Of a stretch of 64,000 nucleotides of DNA, positions 1 through 9,652 are shown piece after piece (the stretch's first letter is position 1; every line of letters starts with the position of its first letter). A program made the translations under genes and the position numbers. Origin of the DNA: a virus (Duplodnaviria; Caudoviricetes). The DNA is taken from positions 1 through 64,000 of IMG/VR virus record IMGVR_UViG_3300030708_002673, one strand, 5' to 3'. The notes below the pieces were generated by a model. It was given only the letters and a program-made list of their open reading frames with translations. It did no database searches and was not told where the DNA came from.

Positions 1-690
1 TCTACGGTGGACAACTACAACGTCCACAAAGATCTCAACGTTGATGTTGATACTAATCTTCGTCTCTTGTGTGATGTCCTAGAGCATTGCCGTAACGAAG
101 ACATTGAATTCAATTTCATCTCCTCTTGGTTCGTATATGGCAAGGGGTGTGAAGTGCCTGCTCATGAGGACGATGCCTGTAACCCCACGGGTTTCTATAG
201 CATCACCAAGAAGTGTGCTGAGGATCTGATCAAATCATTCTGTGATGTGTATCAGATGAAGTACCGCATCCTTCGTCTCTGTAATGTCATGGGTCATGAT
301 CCCAAGGCATCCCGTCAGAAGAATGCGATCATGTGGATGATCAATCAACTGAGGGAGCACAAACCAATTGCTCTGTATGACGGTGGCAGTCATCGTCGTG
401 ATGTGATGCACGTTGATGACGTGTGTCGTGCAATCAAAACTGTGATTGATGATGGTGATCTGAATACCACATACAACATTGGGTCAGGTAGACCCACGTC
501 TATTGCTGATATCGTTGACGCAGCAGTGCCTGTCTTGGGTAGTCTTTCTAACATAGATACGATTGATCCTCCCAAGTTTCATAAGGATGTCCAGACACAG
601 GACTTCTATCTTGACACTACTAAACTACAGAAGTTAGGATTCAAACCAAGCATGGATTATGTTGAGATCGTAGAGTCACTATGTCTTTGA
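1..690 (+). CDS. NAD-dependent nucleotide-sugar epimerase/dehydratase (5' end outside window)
   Basis: Frame open from base 1; extended-SDR features SSWFVYG, YSITKK (YxxxK), RDVMHVDDV, YNIGSG. Confidence 0.85.
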   Translation, partial: STVDNYNVHKDLNVDVDTNLRLLCDVLEHCRNEDIEFNFISSWFVYGKGCEVPAHEDDACNPTGFYSITKKCAEDLIKSFCDVYQMKYRILRLCNVMGHDPKASRQKNAIMWMINQLREHKPIALYDGGSHRRDVMHVDDVCRAIKTVIDDGDLNTTYNIGSGRPTSIADIVDAAVPVLGSLSNIDTIDPPKFHKDVQTQDFYLDTTKLQKLGFKPSMDYVEIVESLCL

Positions 691-1982
691 AAAATAAAGT
701 CGAAGATTTCGTCTCCTTTCTTGAGGCAGATGGAGAGAATCTGTTCCCCTTCATGGCAAACAAGGGGTGGAAGAAAGGTGACAACGTCTACTACTCTGGT
801 CCTTACTGGGACAAACAAGAACCTGTTGCTGCTATCACCACCATGCTGCAAGGCAAGTGGTTGCCTGCAGGTGAAGAAGTAAACAAGTTCGAGCGTGCCT
901 TCTCTAAGCAGTTTGGTTTTGACCACTCTGTGATGGTGAACAGTGGATCATCCGCCAACCTGGTGATGATCGCTGCACTCAAGAAGTATTTTGATTGGCA
1001 TGATGGTGATGAGATCATCGTCTGCACCTGTGGTTTCCCTACCACTATCAATCCCATCATTCAGAACGGACTGAAACCAGTCTTCGTTGACATCAACTAC
1101 GACGATCTCAACTGGGATCTTGATCAACTAGAAGATAAGATCAGTCCCAGGACCGTGGCGCTTTTTTCGTCTCCTGTTCTGGGAAATCCCTATGACTTCG
1201 ATAAGTTCATCGAGATTGTCAATAGGAATAACCTGAGGTATATCGCTGACAACTGTGACTCGCTCGGTTCCAAGTGGCGAGGAGAGTTGCTTACCAAACA
1301 TGCCGTCGCAGCGTCTTGTTCTTTCTATCCAGCGCACCATATCAGCACGATTGAAGGCGGGATGGTTTCCTCTAACATTGAGGAGATTGTTCAGATCGCC
1401 AGGTCTTTTGCCTGGTGGGGGCGAGGTTGTTATTGTGTAGGAGCCCAGAACAAACTGGCCAACGGTGTCTGTGGTGTCCGTTTCGATCGATGGTTGGAAG
1501 GGTACGACCAAGATGTCGATCATAAGTATGTCTTTGGCGTTCAGGGATACAACCTCAAGCCTGCCGATCTGCAGGGGTCTATCGGGTTGGTACAACTGAC
1601 TAAGCAAGACGAGATACATCGCATCCGTCGTAGCAACAAAGCTCGACTTCACGAGATCTTCAGTCAAATTCCTGGTGCTCGGGTTATTGAAGAGAAAGAG
1701 CATGCAGAGACAAGCTGGTTCGGTGTTCCCATCGTGTGTGATGATCACAAACACCGTCTTGTAAAATATTTAGAGGACCATAAGGTCCAAACTAGAAATT
1801 ATTTTGCAGGAAATATCCTTATGCACCCTGCATATAGGCACATTGAACCTGCATCTAACTACCCCAACGCATGCAAAGTCTTAGACAATGTATTCTTTGT
1901 TGGGTGTAGTCCGGTTATTACTGAACCTATGTTAGAATACATAGGTGAGGTTGTTTCTAATTACGTCAAAGAAAATTACTAA
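681..1982 (+). CDS. rfbH: RfbH/DdhC-like NDP-4-keto-6-deoxyhexose 3-dehydrase (DegT/DnrJ/EryC1/StrS fold)
   Basis: VNSGSSANL, DNCDSLGS, SFYPAHHISTIEGG (His at the usual Schiff-base Lys position), WGRGCYC...C, DHKY...GYNLK. Confidence 0.85.
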   Translation: MSLKNKVEDFVSFLEADGENLFPFMANKGWKKGDNVYYSGPYWDKQEPVAAITTMLQGKWLPAGEEVNKFERAFSKQFGFDHSVMVNSGSSANLVMIAALKKYFDWHDGDEIIVCTCGFPTTINPIIQNGLKPVFVDINYDDLNWDLDQLEDKISPRTVALFSSPVLGNPYDFDKFIEIVNRNNLRYIADNCDSLGSKWRGELLTKHAVAASCSFYPAHHISTIEGGMVSSNIEEIVQIARSFAWWGRGCYCVGAQNKLANGVCGVRFDRWLEGYDQDVDHKYVFGVQGYNLKPADLQGSIGLVQLTKQDEIHRIRRSNKARLHEIFSQIPGARVIEEKEHAETSWFGVPIVCDDHKHRLVKYLEDHKVQTRNYFAGNILMHPAYRHIEPASNYPNACKVLDNVFFVGCSPVITEPMLEYIGEVVSNYVKENY

Positions 1983-3082
1983 TGGATAGACAAAAGCGAG
2001 CGTTGGTTCTGGGTGCCGGTGGTTTCATCGGTAGTCATATGGTCAAGCGACTCAAGTCCGAGGGGTATTGGGTTCGCGGTGTAGACATCAAGATCCCTGA
2101 CTTCTCTGAATCAGCAGCGGATGAATTCATCCGTGGTGATCTTCGGGATTACTCTTTTGTCGAACGTGTAATTCAGTACAAGGGAGAGCAGGGTAACTTC
2201 TACGAGACTGTTCCCTACCAGTACATCGATACCTTCGATGAGATCTATCAGTTTGCTGCCGACATGGGTGGTGCTGGTTACATCTTTACTGGTGAGCATG
2301 ACGCTGACATCATGCACAACTCTGCCAGCATCAACCTGAACCTGCTGGAAGCAGTCCACAAATTCAATGAGACCTTTGATGGTCGCCTGAAGGAGTGGAC
2401 TGAGTGCAACCGTCCTAAGAAAGAACAACCTACGAAGATCTTCTACAGTTCTTCTGCTTGTATGTACCCCGAGCATAACCAGCTCGATCCTGATAACCCT
2501 GACTGTCGTGAAGAATCAGCGTACCCAGCAGCACCAGACTCAGAGTACGGGTGGGAGAAACTTTTCTCTGAACGTCTCTACTTTGCTTACAACAGGAACT
2601 ACGGCATTCCTGTTCGTGTTGCTCGTTACCACAACATCTTTGGTCCTGAAGGGACCTGGGACGGTGGAAGAGAGAAGGCACCAGCTGCAATCTGCCGTAA
2701 GGTCGCTTACCTCCCGCTCCAGGGTGGAGCAATCGAGGTGTGGGGAGATGGCTTACAGACTCGTTCCTTCCTGTTCATTGACGAATGCATTGAAGCGACT
2801 CGACGGTTGATGGACTCCGACTTCATGGGTCCAGTCAACATTGGTTCCGAGGAGATGGTCACCATCAACCAACTGGTTGAGGTTGCAGCAAAGGTTGCAC
2901 GTAAGGACGTGCAGAAGATTCACGTTGACGTTCCCCACACAGGTGTCCGAGGACGTAACTCCAATAACGATCTAATCCGAGAGAAATTAGGTTGGGATTA
3001 TTCACAAACCCTTGAAGAGGGGATCTCTCGAACTTACAATTGGATCATCCAACAAATCGGCAAGAACCTTGAGGGCGCATGA
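1982..3082 (+). CDS. GDP-mannose 3,5-epimerase-like NAD-dependent epimerase
   Basis: GAGGFIGSH, FAADMGGAGY, YSSSACMYPE, YGWEKLFSE, GGREKAPAAICRK, WGDGLQTRSF, GVRGRNSNN. Confidence 0.85.
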   Translation: MDRQKRALVLGAGGFIGSHMVKRLKSEGYWVRGVDIKIPDFSESAADEFIRGDLRDYSFVERVIQYKGEQGNFYETVPYQYIDTFDEIYQFAADMGGAGYIFTGEHDADIMHNSASINLNLLEAVHKFNETFDGRLKEWTECNRPKKEQPTKIFYSSSACMYPEHNQLDPDNPDCREESAYPAAPDSEYGWEKLFSERLYFAYNRNYGIPVRVARYHNIFGPEGTWDGGREKAPAAICRKVAYLPLQGGAIEVWGDGLQTRSFLFIDECIEATRRLMDSDFMGPVNIGSEEMVTINQLVEVAAKVARKDVQKIHVDVPHTGVRGRNSNNDLIREKLGWDYSQTLEEGISRTYNWIIQQIGKNLEGA

Positions 3083-3735
3083 ACACTACCTATAACTATG
3101 AACGAGACTCCCTGAAGAGTCCTTTCTCTGGACACACCAAAGTCTTTGAAAACTTCTCCCAGGCATACCAGGATCTGTTTGTCCTGACCATGCTGAAAGG
3201 AAAGAAGAATGGTAAGTATGTGGAGGTGGGTGCCAACCACCCCCAGACCATGAGCAATACCTTCCTTCTGGAGACTGTGTTTGGTTGGCGTGGGTTCTCG
3301 GTAGAGATTGAGCGATCAATGTGTGAGGTCTTCAACGGAGACATGGCACGACAGAACCACTGCTATGAAGCAGACGCCACTACGTTTGATTACTCTGAGG
3401 CAATTGCTAAAGAGAAGTGGCAGGGTCGTGTTGACTACTTCTCTGTTGACTGTGAACCTCCTGAGGTGACATTCAAGGCACTCAAAGCATTCCCCCACGA
3501 TGAGTTCCGTGCCAGTGTCATCACCTTTGAGCATGACTCATACAAGGATGGAGACACCATCCGTGACCACTCACGTCAGTTCCTGGAAGGTCTTGGATAT
3601 CAACTGGTGTGTGCCAGCGTCTGCAATGGTGGTAATCCTTATGAGGATTGGTGGGTTGATCCTGCTGTAGTGAAGGAGTCAGTATGGAAACCCTTCGAGT
3701 GTGTTGACAAAGAGGCAAGAAACATTTTTGTATGA
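3079..3735 (+). CDS. FkbM-like SAM-dependent methyltransferase
   Basis: YVEVGANHP...SNTFLLE...WRGFSVE, DYFSVDCE, VITFEHD, EDWWV. Confidence 0.7.
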   Translation: MNTTYNYERDSLKSPFSGHTKVFENFSQAYQDLFVLTMLKGKKNGKYVEVGANHPQTMSNTFLLETVFGWRGFSVEIERSMCEVFNGDMARQNHCYEADATTFDYSEAIAKEKWQGRVDYFSVDCEPPEVTFKALKAFPHDEFRASVITFEHDSYKDGDTIRDHSRQFLEGLGYQLVCASVCNGGNPYEDWWVDPAVVKESVWKPFECVDKEARNIFV

Positions 3736-4505
3736 AACTATCTCATTGGTACGGCAGACTCGGTAACAACATCCAACAATGTGCTATTGGGATGATGTGT
3801 GCTCAGGCATACAGCACCGAGTTCATCCAACCCCTAGAGCACGAGATCATTCCTACCTTCACTCAGAAGTTTGGTGACGTACCACGATCAGGATACAGCA
3901 AGTTCTTTTATTATGACGGACCATTCCGGGAAGTCCCGATTGATATTGCGAAAGTATATACGGAGATGCGAGCGTTCTGTAAGGAGCATATCGGACCCCG
4001 TCTTGTGCTCCCGCATGTGGATGTCGATCCTGATTGCCTTGTCATTCACATTCGTAGTGGAGATGTATTTGACAAAAGGGTTGATAACCCTGGTCAGTAT
4101 GTCCCTAATCCTTACTGTTTTTACAGTACACTACTTGAGGAGTTTGATAAGGCGATTGTCGTCACTGAACCTGACTGCCACAATCCGATCGTTGAAGAAC
4201 TCAAATGGCATCCAAAGGTTACAGTACAATCTAAGAGCGTGGCAGAGGACTTTGCTACCCTAATGGCAGCAAAACATGTTGCTACATCTGGAGTAGGGAC
4301 GTTTGGTATTGCTGCTGCACTTTGCAGTAACAAAATTACTGATCTTTACTGTACCGATGTGTGTATTGGTGAGCATCTGAACTATAAGATGCTGTATAAT
4401 ACTGATGTTGTCATCAACATGATGGTCCTAATGGACTACATCAAGACCGGAGAGTGGGCAAACACCGATGAACAACGAGACTTCTTGTTTAGTTACGAGG
4501 TATAG
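3732..4505 (+). CDS. GT11 (alpha-1,2-fucosyltransferase)-like protein
   Basis: YGRLGNNIQQ and IHIRSGD resemble the GT11 GRLGN and HVRRGD motifs. Confidence 0.6.
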   Translation: MKLSHWYGRLGNNIQQCAIGMMCAQAYSTEFIQPLEHEIIPTFTQKFGDVPRSGYSKFFYYDGPFREVPIDIAKVYTEMRAFCKEHIGPRLVLPHVDVDPDCLVIHIRSGDVFDKRVDNPGQYVPNPYCFYSTLLEEFDKAIVVTEPDCHNPIVEELKWHPKVTVQSKSVAEDFATLMAAKHVATSGVGTFGIAAALCSNKITDLYCTDVCIGEHLNYKMLYNTDVVINMMVLMDYIKTGEWANTDEQRDFLFSYEV

Positions 4506-5010
4506 ACTCAAGGTTACTCATCAGAAACTGATTGAGAACCTGTGCTATGAGATGCCCTACTATTTTTTCAAGGACTGTGCCTACGGCAACGTAGACCATC
4601 CCATGAGAAAAGAAATGAATCCTTACTTCAGTCATACGTTGTTGCACGTCAAGGGCACAACGTCTGACTTTTTTTATAAGTTCCCGTGGGATGAGATTGG
4701 TAAGGCAATCAACCTACCAGACAAGAAGATGTTCAGGGCACACATGACCCTGCAATACCCTAGACCTGACGCTGTGGGTGTCCCCCACAATGCTCACGTC
4801 GATGACGATCGTCCTCACCTGGTAGCACTCTACTATCCCAATCACTCAGATGGAGATACCTATTTCTTCAATCAATCTGGTGAGGTAATACATACAGAAG
4901 AACCTGAACGTGGTAAAATAATTGTGTTTGATGGCAGAACACTCCACTCAAGTTCTTCTCCTTCCACTAACGTACGCTTCTCTTTGAACATAAATTATGG
5001 CAATCTATGA
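4468..5010 (+). CDS. 2OG-Fe(II) oxygenase
   Basis: HVD (HxD), SDGDTYF, IIVFDG..LHSS, RFSLNIN; start uncertain (alternative ATG 4552). Confidence 0.75.
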   Translation: MNNETSCLVTRYRLKVTHQKLIENLCYEMPYYFFKDCAYGNVDHPMRKEMNPYFSHTLLHVKGTTSDFFYKFPWDEIGKAINLPDKKMFRAHMTLQYPRPDAVGVPHNAHVDDDRPHLVALYYPNHSDGDTYFFNQSGEVIHTEEPERGKIIVFDGRTLHSSSSPSTNVRFSLNINYGNL

Positions 5011-5842
5011 TGTGTTCACGTTCTACAATGAACTTGATCTTCTTGAACTGCGGATGAACATCCTTGGTAACGTAGTAGATTACTTTGTTATCAATGAATC
5101 CAACATCACATTCACCGGTAAACCCAAACCGATGTACTTCGCAGAGAACCGTAAGCGGTTCAAGAAGTGGGAAGACAAGATCATCTATCATGAGACGATT
5201 GATGACAACGAAACGCTAGAGAACTTTTGGGAGAATGTTCCGTACCACCGGAGCATGATGGAAGATGATATCTATAAACTACCACTGCCATACCAACGTG
5301 CATGCTTCCATAAGGACAGTGCAATCTATGCTCTGCTAGGCAAGGCAAAGGATAGTGACATCATCCTTACGAGTGATGCAGATGAGATTGCTAACCCCGA
5401 AGCACTGAAGTGTATTGATGAGTGGTTTGATCCTGCTAACCACTACGTCTTGACTGGTCCACTGTATTACTACTACCTCAACGTCAAGTGTGAGGACCAG
5501 TGGATGGGCACACGAGTGTGTGACTTCAAGACACTGAAGACAATGAGTGTTGACAAACTCCGTCAGTCACACCAAGATGCATACAAACTGGCAGACGCCT
5601 CATGGCACTGGAGTTTCTTTGGTGATGCTGACACTGTGCGGCAGAAGATGGATGCCTATGAGCACCAGGAAAACAACACTGAGGAGTTCCGTTCCAGTAT
5701 GGAGGACCGGATCAAGCACAACCTTGACCCCTATGGACGTACTTATCTCTACCAACCAACTGTCGTAGAGATTGACGACACCTTCCCTGCATACGTTAGG
5801 TCTCAGAAGAACCGTAAACTCAAGAAATTCGTCAAGGTATGA
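4997..5842 (+). CDS. GT17-like beta-1,4-N-acetylglucosaminyltransferase
   Basis: IYDVFTFYNELDLLELR...VDYFVINES..TFTG..KP, LTSDADEI, WHWSFFG. Confidence 0.8.
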   Translation: MAIYDVFTFYNELDLLELRMNILGNVVDYFVINESNITFTGKPKPMYFAENRKRFKKWEDKIIYHETIDDNETLENFWENVPYHRSMMEDDIYKLPLPYQRACFHKDSAIYALLGKAKDSDIILTSDADEIANPEALKCIDEWFDPANHYVLTGPLYYYYLNVKCEDQWMGTRVCDFKTLKTMSVDKLRQSHQDAYKLADASWHWSFFGDADTVRQKMDAYEHQENNTEEFRSSMEDRIKHNLDPYGRTYLYQPTVVEIDDTFPAYVRSQKNRKLKKFVKV

Positions 5843-6744
5843 AACTAATCTCTGGTCCTGCAGTCGCCAATCTATGTGACTACAGTTTCGGTGACCAGGC
5901 AGGCATGGTTGGTGGGGTTCATGGGGCATTCATGCATGATGCCAACCCTTCCAACACAGATTTCCTGTGTGATAAAGAGGTCATCAAACTTTTCATTGAT
6001 AACATACGTCTATACCATAGACCAATCAAGTGTAATAATAAACAGGATCAGATCTGGATCAACGGTCTGCAGAAACGCAATGACCTGATGAAACTCTGTG
6101 CTTCTTATCCAGATAAGAAGTTTGTAGTCTTCTGTAATAATGAAGACACTCCAGTCAATGAAGACATAGATATTCCAGACAATGTCTTGGGTGTCTTTGC
6201 TGCCAATGCCCTGGGTTTCGGTGGCAAACTTCACCCGTTCCCTTATGGGGTGGGGAGGAAGTTACATGCGAACGACGACAGGCAAAGCGTTCTACTCAAC
6301 GCTATGCAGACTGACCCAAAACCTAGAAAGCTTCTGTACATCAATCATGCAGAGCACACTAACCTCAGTGAACGTGGTAACATCCGTTCAATCTTTAGTG
6401 AAAGATCGTACGCCACCGTCAGAGACCGAGTAAACTACGAGACCTATGTGAGGGACATTCAGGATCATAAGTTTATGATCTGTCCTCAAGGTAATGCAGT
6501 CGATTGCCATAGGAACTGGGAGGTGTTGTACCTCAAACGTGTCCCTATCATGGTGAGGGATGAGTATCTGGAAGAACTTTATAAAGATTATCCTGTCCTG
6601 TGGGTAGATGACTTCGGCAAGATCAATAAAACGATGTTGTCTAATGCACAAGACCTGTGTGACAAAGCTAGAAATATTGACATCAATCTGCTAGACTTAT
6701 ACTCAGTGTTCAACCGAGCAGTGAAACGTGCGAAAGATTCCTGA
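5839..6744 (+). CDS. Exostosin (GT47)-like glycosyltransferase
   Basis: C-terminal KFMICPQGNAVDCHRNWEVLYLKRVPI. Confidence 0.65.
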   Translation: MKLISGPAVANLCDYSFGDQAGMVGGVHGAFMHDANPSNTDFLCDKEVIKLFIDNIRLYHRPIKCNNKQDQIWINGLQKRNDLMKLCASYPDKKFVVFCNNEDTPVNEDIDIPDNVLGVFAANALGFGGKLHPFPYGVGRKLHANDDRQSVLLNAMQTDPKPRKLLYINHAEHTNLSERGNIRSIFSERSYATVRDRVNYETYVRDIQDHKFMICPQGNAVDCHRNWEVLYLKRVPIMVRDEYLEELYKDYPVLWVDDFGKINKTMLSNAQDLCDKARNIDINLLDLYSVFNRAVKRAKDS

Positions 6745-7399
6745 TGTAACTCTGCTCATGTTGGCAGACGTTGACATTCCTGACGCCGTGTATGCGGTAA
6801 ATAAATCATGCGAAGCAATTGAATGGGGTGCTGTCAAGTTTCTTGGTAGCAAAGGAAAACCCGATGGTCTGTGTGATCAAGCACAGTATGAGGAAACCTA
6901 TCCAATCCAGAGTATCAATGATTTCAATTTTTATTGCATATATAATCTTCTCAATCATATTCGGACCTCGCATTGCCTCCTTATCCATCCTGACGGTTTT
7001 GTTATTCGACCTTGGCTTTGGGATGATGCGTGGTTACAATACGACTACATCGGTGCCCCGTGGAGAGATGACCCAGGTGCCTTCCTCGATCCCTGGGGTA
7101 AGAACCAACGAGTGGGCAATGGAGGGTTTTCCTTACGTTCAAGAAAACTACTGGAAGTCCCCAGCCGTGTCGTGATTCCTTGGGAGGTGAACGAAGGCAC
7201 CTTCTACAAACATATGAATGCCGGACTATATAATGAGGACGGAAACATATGCGTCCACAACCGGCATCTTTTTGAGGAGCAGGGATGCGTCTTTGCTCCA
7301 GTGGAAGTTGCCGCTAGGTTCTCTAAAGAAGTAGAGTGCCCAGAGCACGAAGGAATTGAGACCTTCGGTTTTCATTATCATTTTCAAGAGATACGATGA
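6728..7399 (+). CDS. DUF5672-like putative glycosyltransferase
   Basis: LLIHPDGFV, YDYIGAPW, RVGNGGFSLRS, NEDG, FGFH. Confidence 0.7.
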   Translation: MRKIPDVTLLMLADVDIPDAVYAVNKSCEAIEWGAVKFLGSKGKPDGLCDQAQYEETYPIQSINDFNFYCIYNLLNHIRTSHCLLIHPDGFVIRPWLWDDAWLQYDYIGAPWRDDPGAFLDPWGKNQRVGNGGFSLRSRKLLEVPSRVVIPWEVNEGTFYKHMNAGLYNEDGNICVHNRHLFEEQGCVFAPVEVAARFSKEVECPEHEGIETFGFHYHFQEIR

Positions 7400-8187
7400 C
7401 AGTAAAATACTATCCTCTGTGGTGGAACCCCTGGCAAGACAAGCATCTTGACCTTGGTGGTAAGTCTGTCAGCATCTCTATTGATAACCTTGATTATGAT
7501 CCGCAGGCAGACGTAAAGATTCTGTTCCTAGCGGAACCATACTCAATCCTTCCTACGGTCACTGAGGGAGCACTTCGTGGTGCTTATCACTTCGATAAGA
7601 TCTACACGTTCACTCAGAAGATCATCGACCAATACCCTCAAGCAGAATTGTTTGAGTGGGGATCCAGTTGGTTGAACTTCTCTGACCTTATTCTGGACAA
7701 GGGGAACAACATCTCCTTTGTTACCAGCAATAAGAGTCAAACTGTTGGTCACAAGATGCGTCTCGAAATTTTTGAGATGCTCAAAAAAGTTGACGTTTCC
7801 AATGGTTTGCAATACTATGCACATAAGTCACCTCCTTTCCATGATAGGAGGAACGATTTCTTTGAGACTGCCAAGTTCCATATCACAGTAGAGAATTCTC
7901 GTCAGCAGAATTACTTTACTGAAAAGATTATTGATTGCTTTGCGTCAAAAACGGTACCCATTTACTACGGTTGTCCTAACCTCGGTGACTGGTTCAACAT
8001 GGATGGAGTGATTGTATTCCATGACCTAGAAGAACTTGAATGCATCATGAAACATCTTGATGCAGACAAGTACGACTGGAGACAGAGTGCCATCGAAGAA
8101 AACTATGAGATTGCCAAGCAATTCCATAGTGAAAATGACGTAGTCCCTAGACTCACTAGAAAAATCAAGGAATTTGTCGGGAAATGA
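7396..8187 (+). CDS. GT10 (alpha-1,3-fucosyltransferase)-like glycosyltransferase
   Basis: KFHITVENSRQQNYFTEKIIDCF..KTVPIYYG. Confidence 0.8.
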   Translation: MTVKYYPLWWNPWQDKHLDLGGKSVSISIDNLDYDPQADVKILFLAEPYSILPTVTEGALRGAYHFDKIYTFTQKIIDQYPQAELFEWGSSWLNFSDLILDKGNNISFVTSNKSQTVGHKMRLEIFEMLKKVDVSNGLQYYAHKSPPFHDRRNDFFETAKFHITVENSRQQNYFTEKIIDCFASKTVPIYYGCPNLGDWFNMDGVIVFHDLEELECIMKHLDADKYDWRQSAIEENYEIAKQFHSENDVVPRLTRKIKEFVGK

Positions 8188-8867
8188 GGGTAAGTTTTTG
8201 CATTCCGACGCATGATAAGAACCCAAGGTGTCAGCAGTATCTGTTTGACATCTTCCATAGCTTGTCATTGCAGACGGAAATGAACTTCAACGTTTGGGTG
8301 TCAGACCATGGCACATCAAACAAAGTTCTACAAGCATGTGAAGAGTACGATGATCTTTTTGAGATCAACTACGTTCGCAATCCAAGTAAGGTGGGTAACA
8401 TCTCTGCTAATACTAATAACGCTTTGCGTTTAGCAGATGGTGAGATCTTGAAAATTATCTTCAGTGATGATATGATTCTTACTAAGAATCTAACCGCTGA
8501 ACTTGACGCTGCTTTTACCGAAGGAGTGGAGTGGGCAGTGACTGGATTTGCTCATACCCTAGATGATGGTAAGACTCATTACAACCCTAAGATTCCAGTC
8601 TATAACAATCGGTTGCTAGAGGGTGTCAACACCCTCAGTTCTCCATCTATTCTTGCTCTCCGTAATGGGTGCAAGGAATACTTTGATGAAGAACTCACCA
8701 TGCTGATGGACTGTGACATGTACTATCGGTTGTATAAGAACTATGGTGATCCAAAAGTTCTTACTCACTACCACATTTCTAACAGGGAACACCCCCATCA
8801 AACACAACGAAAGTTTGAAGACCTTTTACCTAAGGAGATTGAATACTTGAAGGAGAAGCATAAATGA
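8184..8867 (+). CDS. GT2 glycosyltransferase
   Basis: VSFCIPT, VWVSDHGT, NTNNALRLADGE, FSDD, FDEELTMLMDCDMY. Confidence 0.8.
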   Translation: MRVSFCIPTHDKNPRCQQYLFDIFHSLSLQTEMNFNVWVSDHGTSNKVLQACEEYDDLFEINYVRNPSKVGNISANTNNALRLADGEILKIIFSDDMILTKNLTAELDAAFTEGVEWAVTGFAHTLDDGKTHYNPKIPVYNNRLLEGVNTLSSPSILALRNGCKEYFDEELTMLMDCDMYYRLYKNYGDPKVLTHYHISNREHPHQTQRKFEDLLPKEIEYLKEKHK

Positions 8868-9652
8868 TTGGATTCAATCACCTTGGTCGTCATGGTCGTC
8901 TGGGTAACCAGATGTTCCAGTATGCAGGACTGCGTGGCATTGCTGCTAAGCATGGGTATGAGTTCTGTATTCCTCCTAGTGACTTCCAAGACCAGTGGAT
9001 GGACCACCAACTGTTTGAAGCATTCAAACTTCCTGGTCTGACTAACATCGCAGTATGTCCTGGTCCCTACGTACAGGAGGAGCACTTCCACTTTGATCAG
9101 AACCTGTTCGACAGGATGCCCGATGGACATAATGTCTACGGGTATCTGCAGAGTGAGAAGTGGTTCAAGCATATTGAATCAGAGATCCGTGAGGACTTTG
9201 AGTTCAAGAACAACATCAAAGAACCTTGTCAGGAGATGATTGGTTCGGTTGACCGACCAATTGCTCTACATGTTCGGAGAGGTGACTACATAACTAACTG
9301 CGATAACCACCCTCCGTGTTCTAAAGATTATTATGATCGTGCACTCTCGCACTTTGATAGTGACAGGACTGTCGTTGTTTTCTCTGACGATCCTGCTTGG
9401 TGTAACGAACAGTTTGAAGACGATCGTTTCTTGATCTCTGAGGGTGGTGACAATGTTGCCGACCTCTGCATGATGAGTCTTTGCCACGACTTCATCATTG
9501 CTAACTCATCATTCTCTTGGTGGGGTTCTTGGCTGAGTACAAACCCAGACAAGAAAATCATTGCTCCTAACCGTTGGTTCGGCACGGGGTATACCAAAGA
9601 CCATAACACTTCTGACCTTTATTGCCCTAACTGGGAATCTATCGATGTCTGA
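8864..9652 (+). CDS. GT11 alpha-1,2-fucosyltransferase
   Basis: GRLGNQMFQYA, GYLQSEKWF, LHVRRGDY, FSDDPAW, IIANSSFSWWG. Confidence 0.9.
   Translation: MIGFNHLGRHGRLGNQMFQYAGLRGIAAKHGYEFCIPPSDFQDQWMDHQLFEAFKLPGLTNIAVCPGPYVQEEHFHFDQNLFDRMPDGHNVYGYLQSEKWFKHIESEIREDFEFKNNIKEPCQEMIGSVDRPIALHVRRGDYITNCDNHPPCSKDYYDRALSHFDSDRTVVVFSDDPAWCNEQFEDDRFLISEGGDNVADLCMMSLCHDFIIANSSFSWWGSWLSTNPDKKIIAPNRWFGTGYTKDHNTSDLYCPNWESIDV

Noticed and set aside
1128-1754. 208-aa antisense ORF in rfbH
   Set aside because: Shadow ORF with no recognisable features
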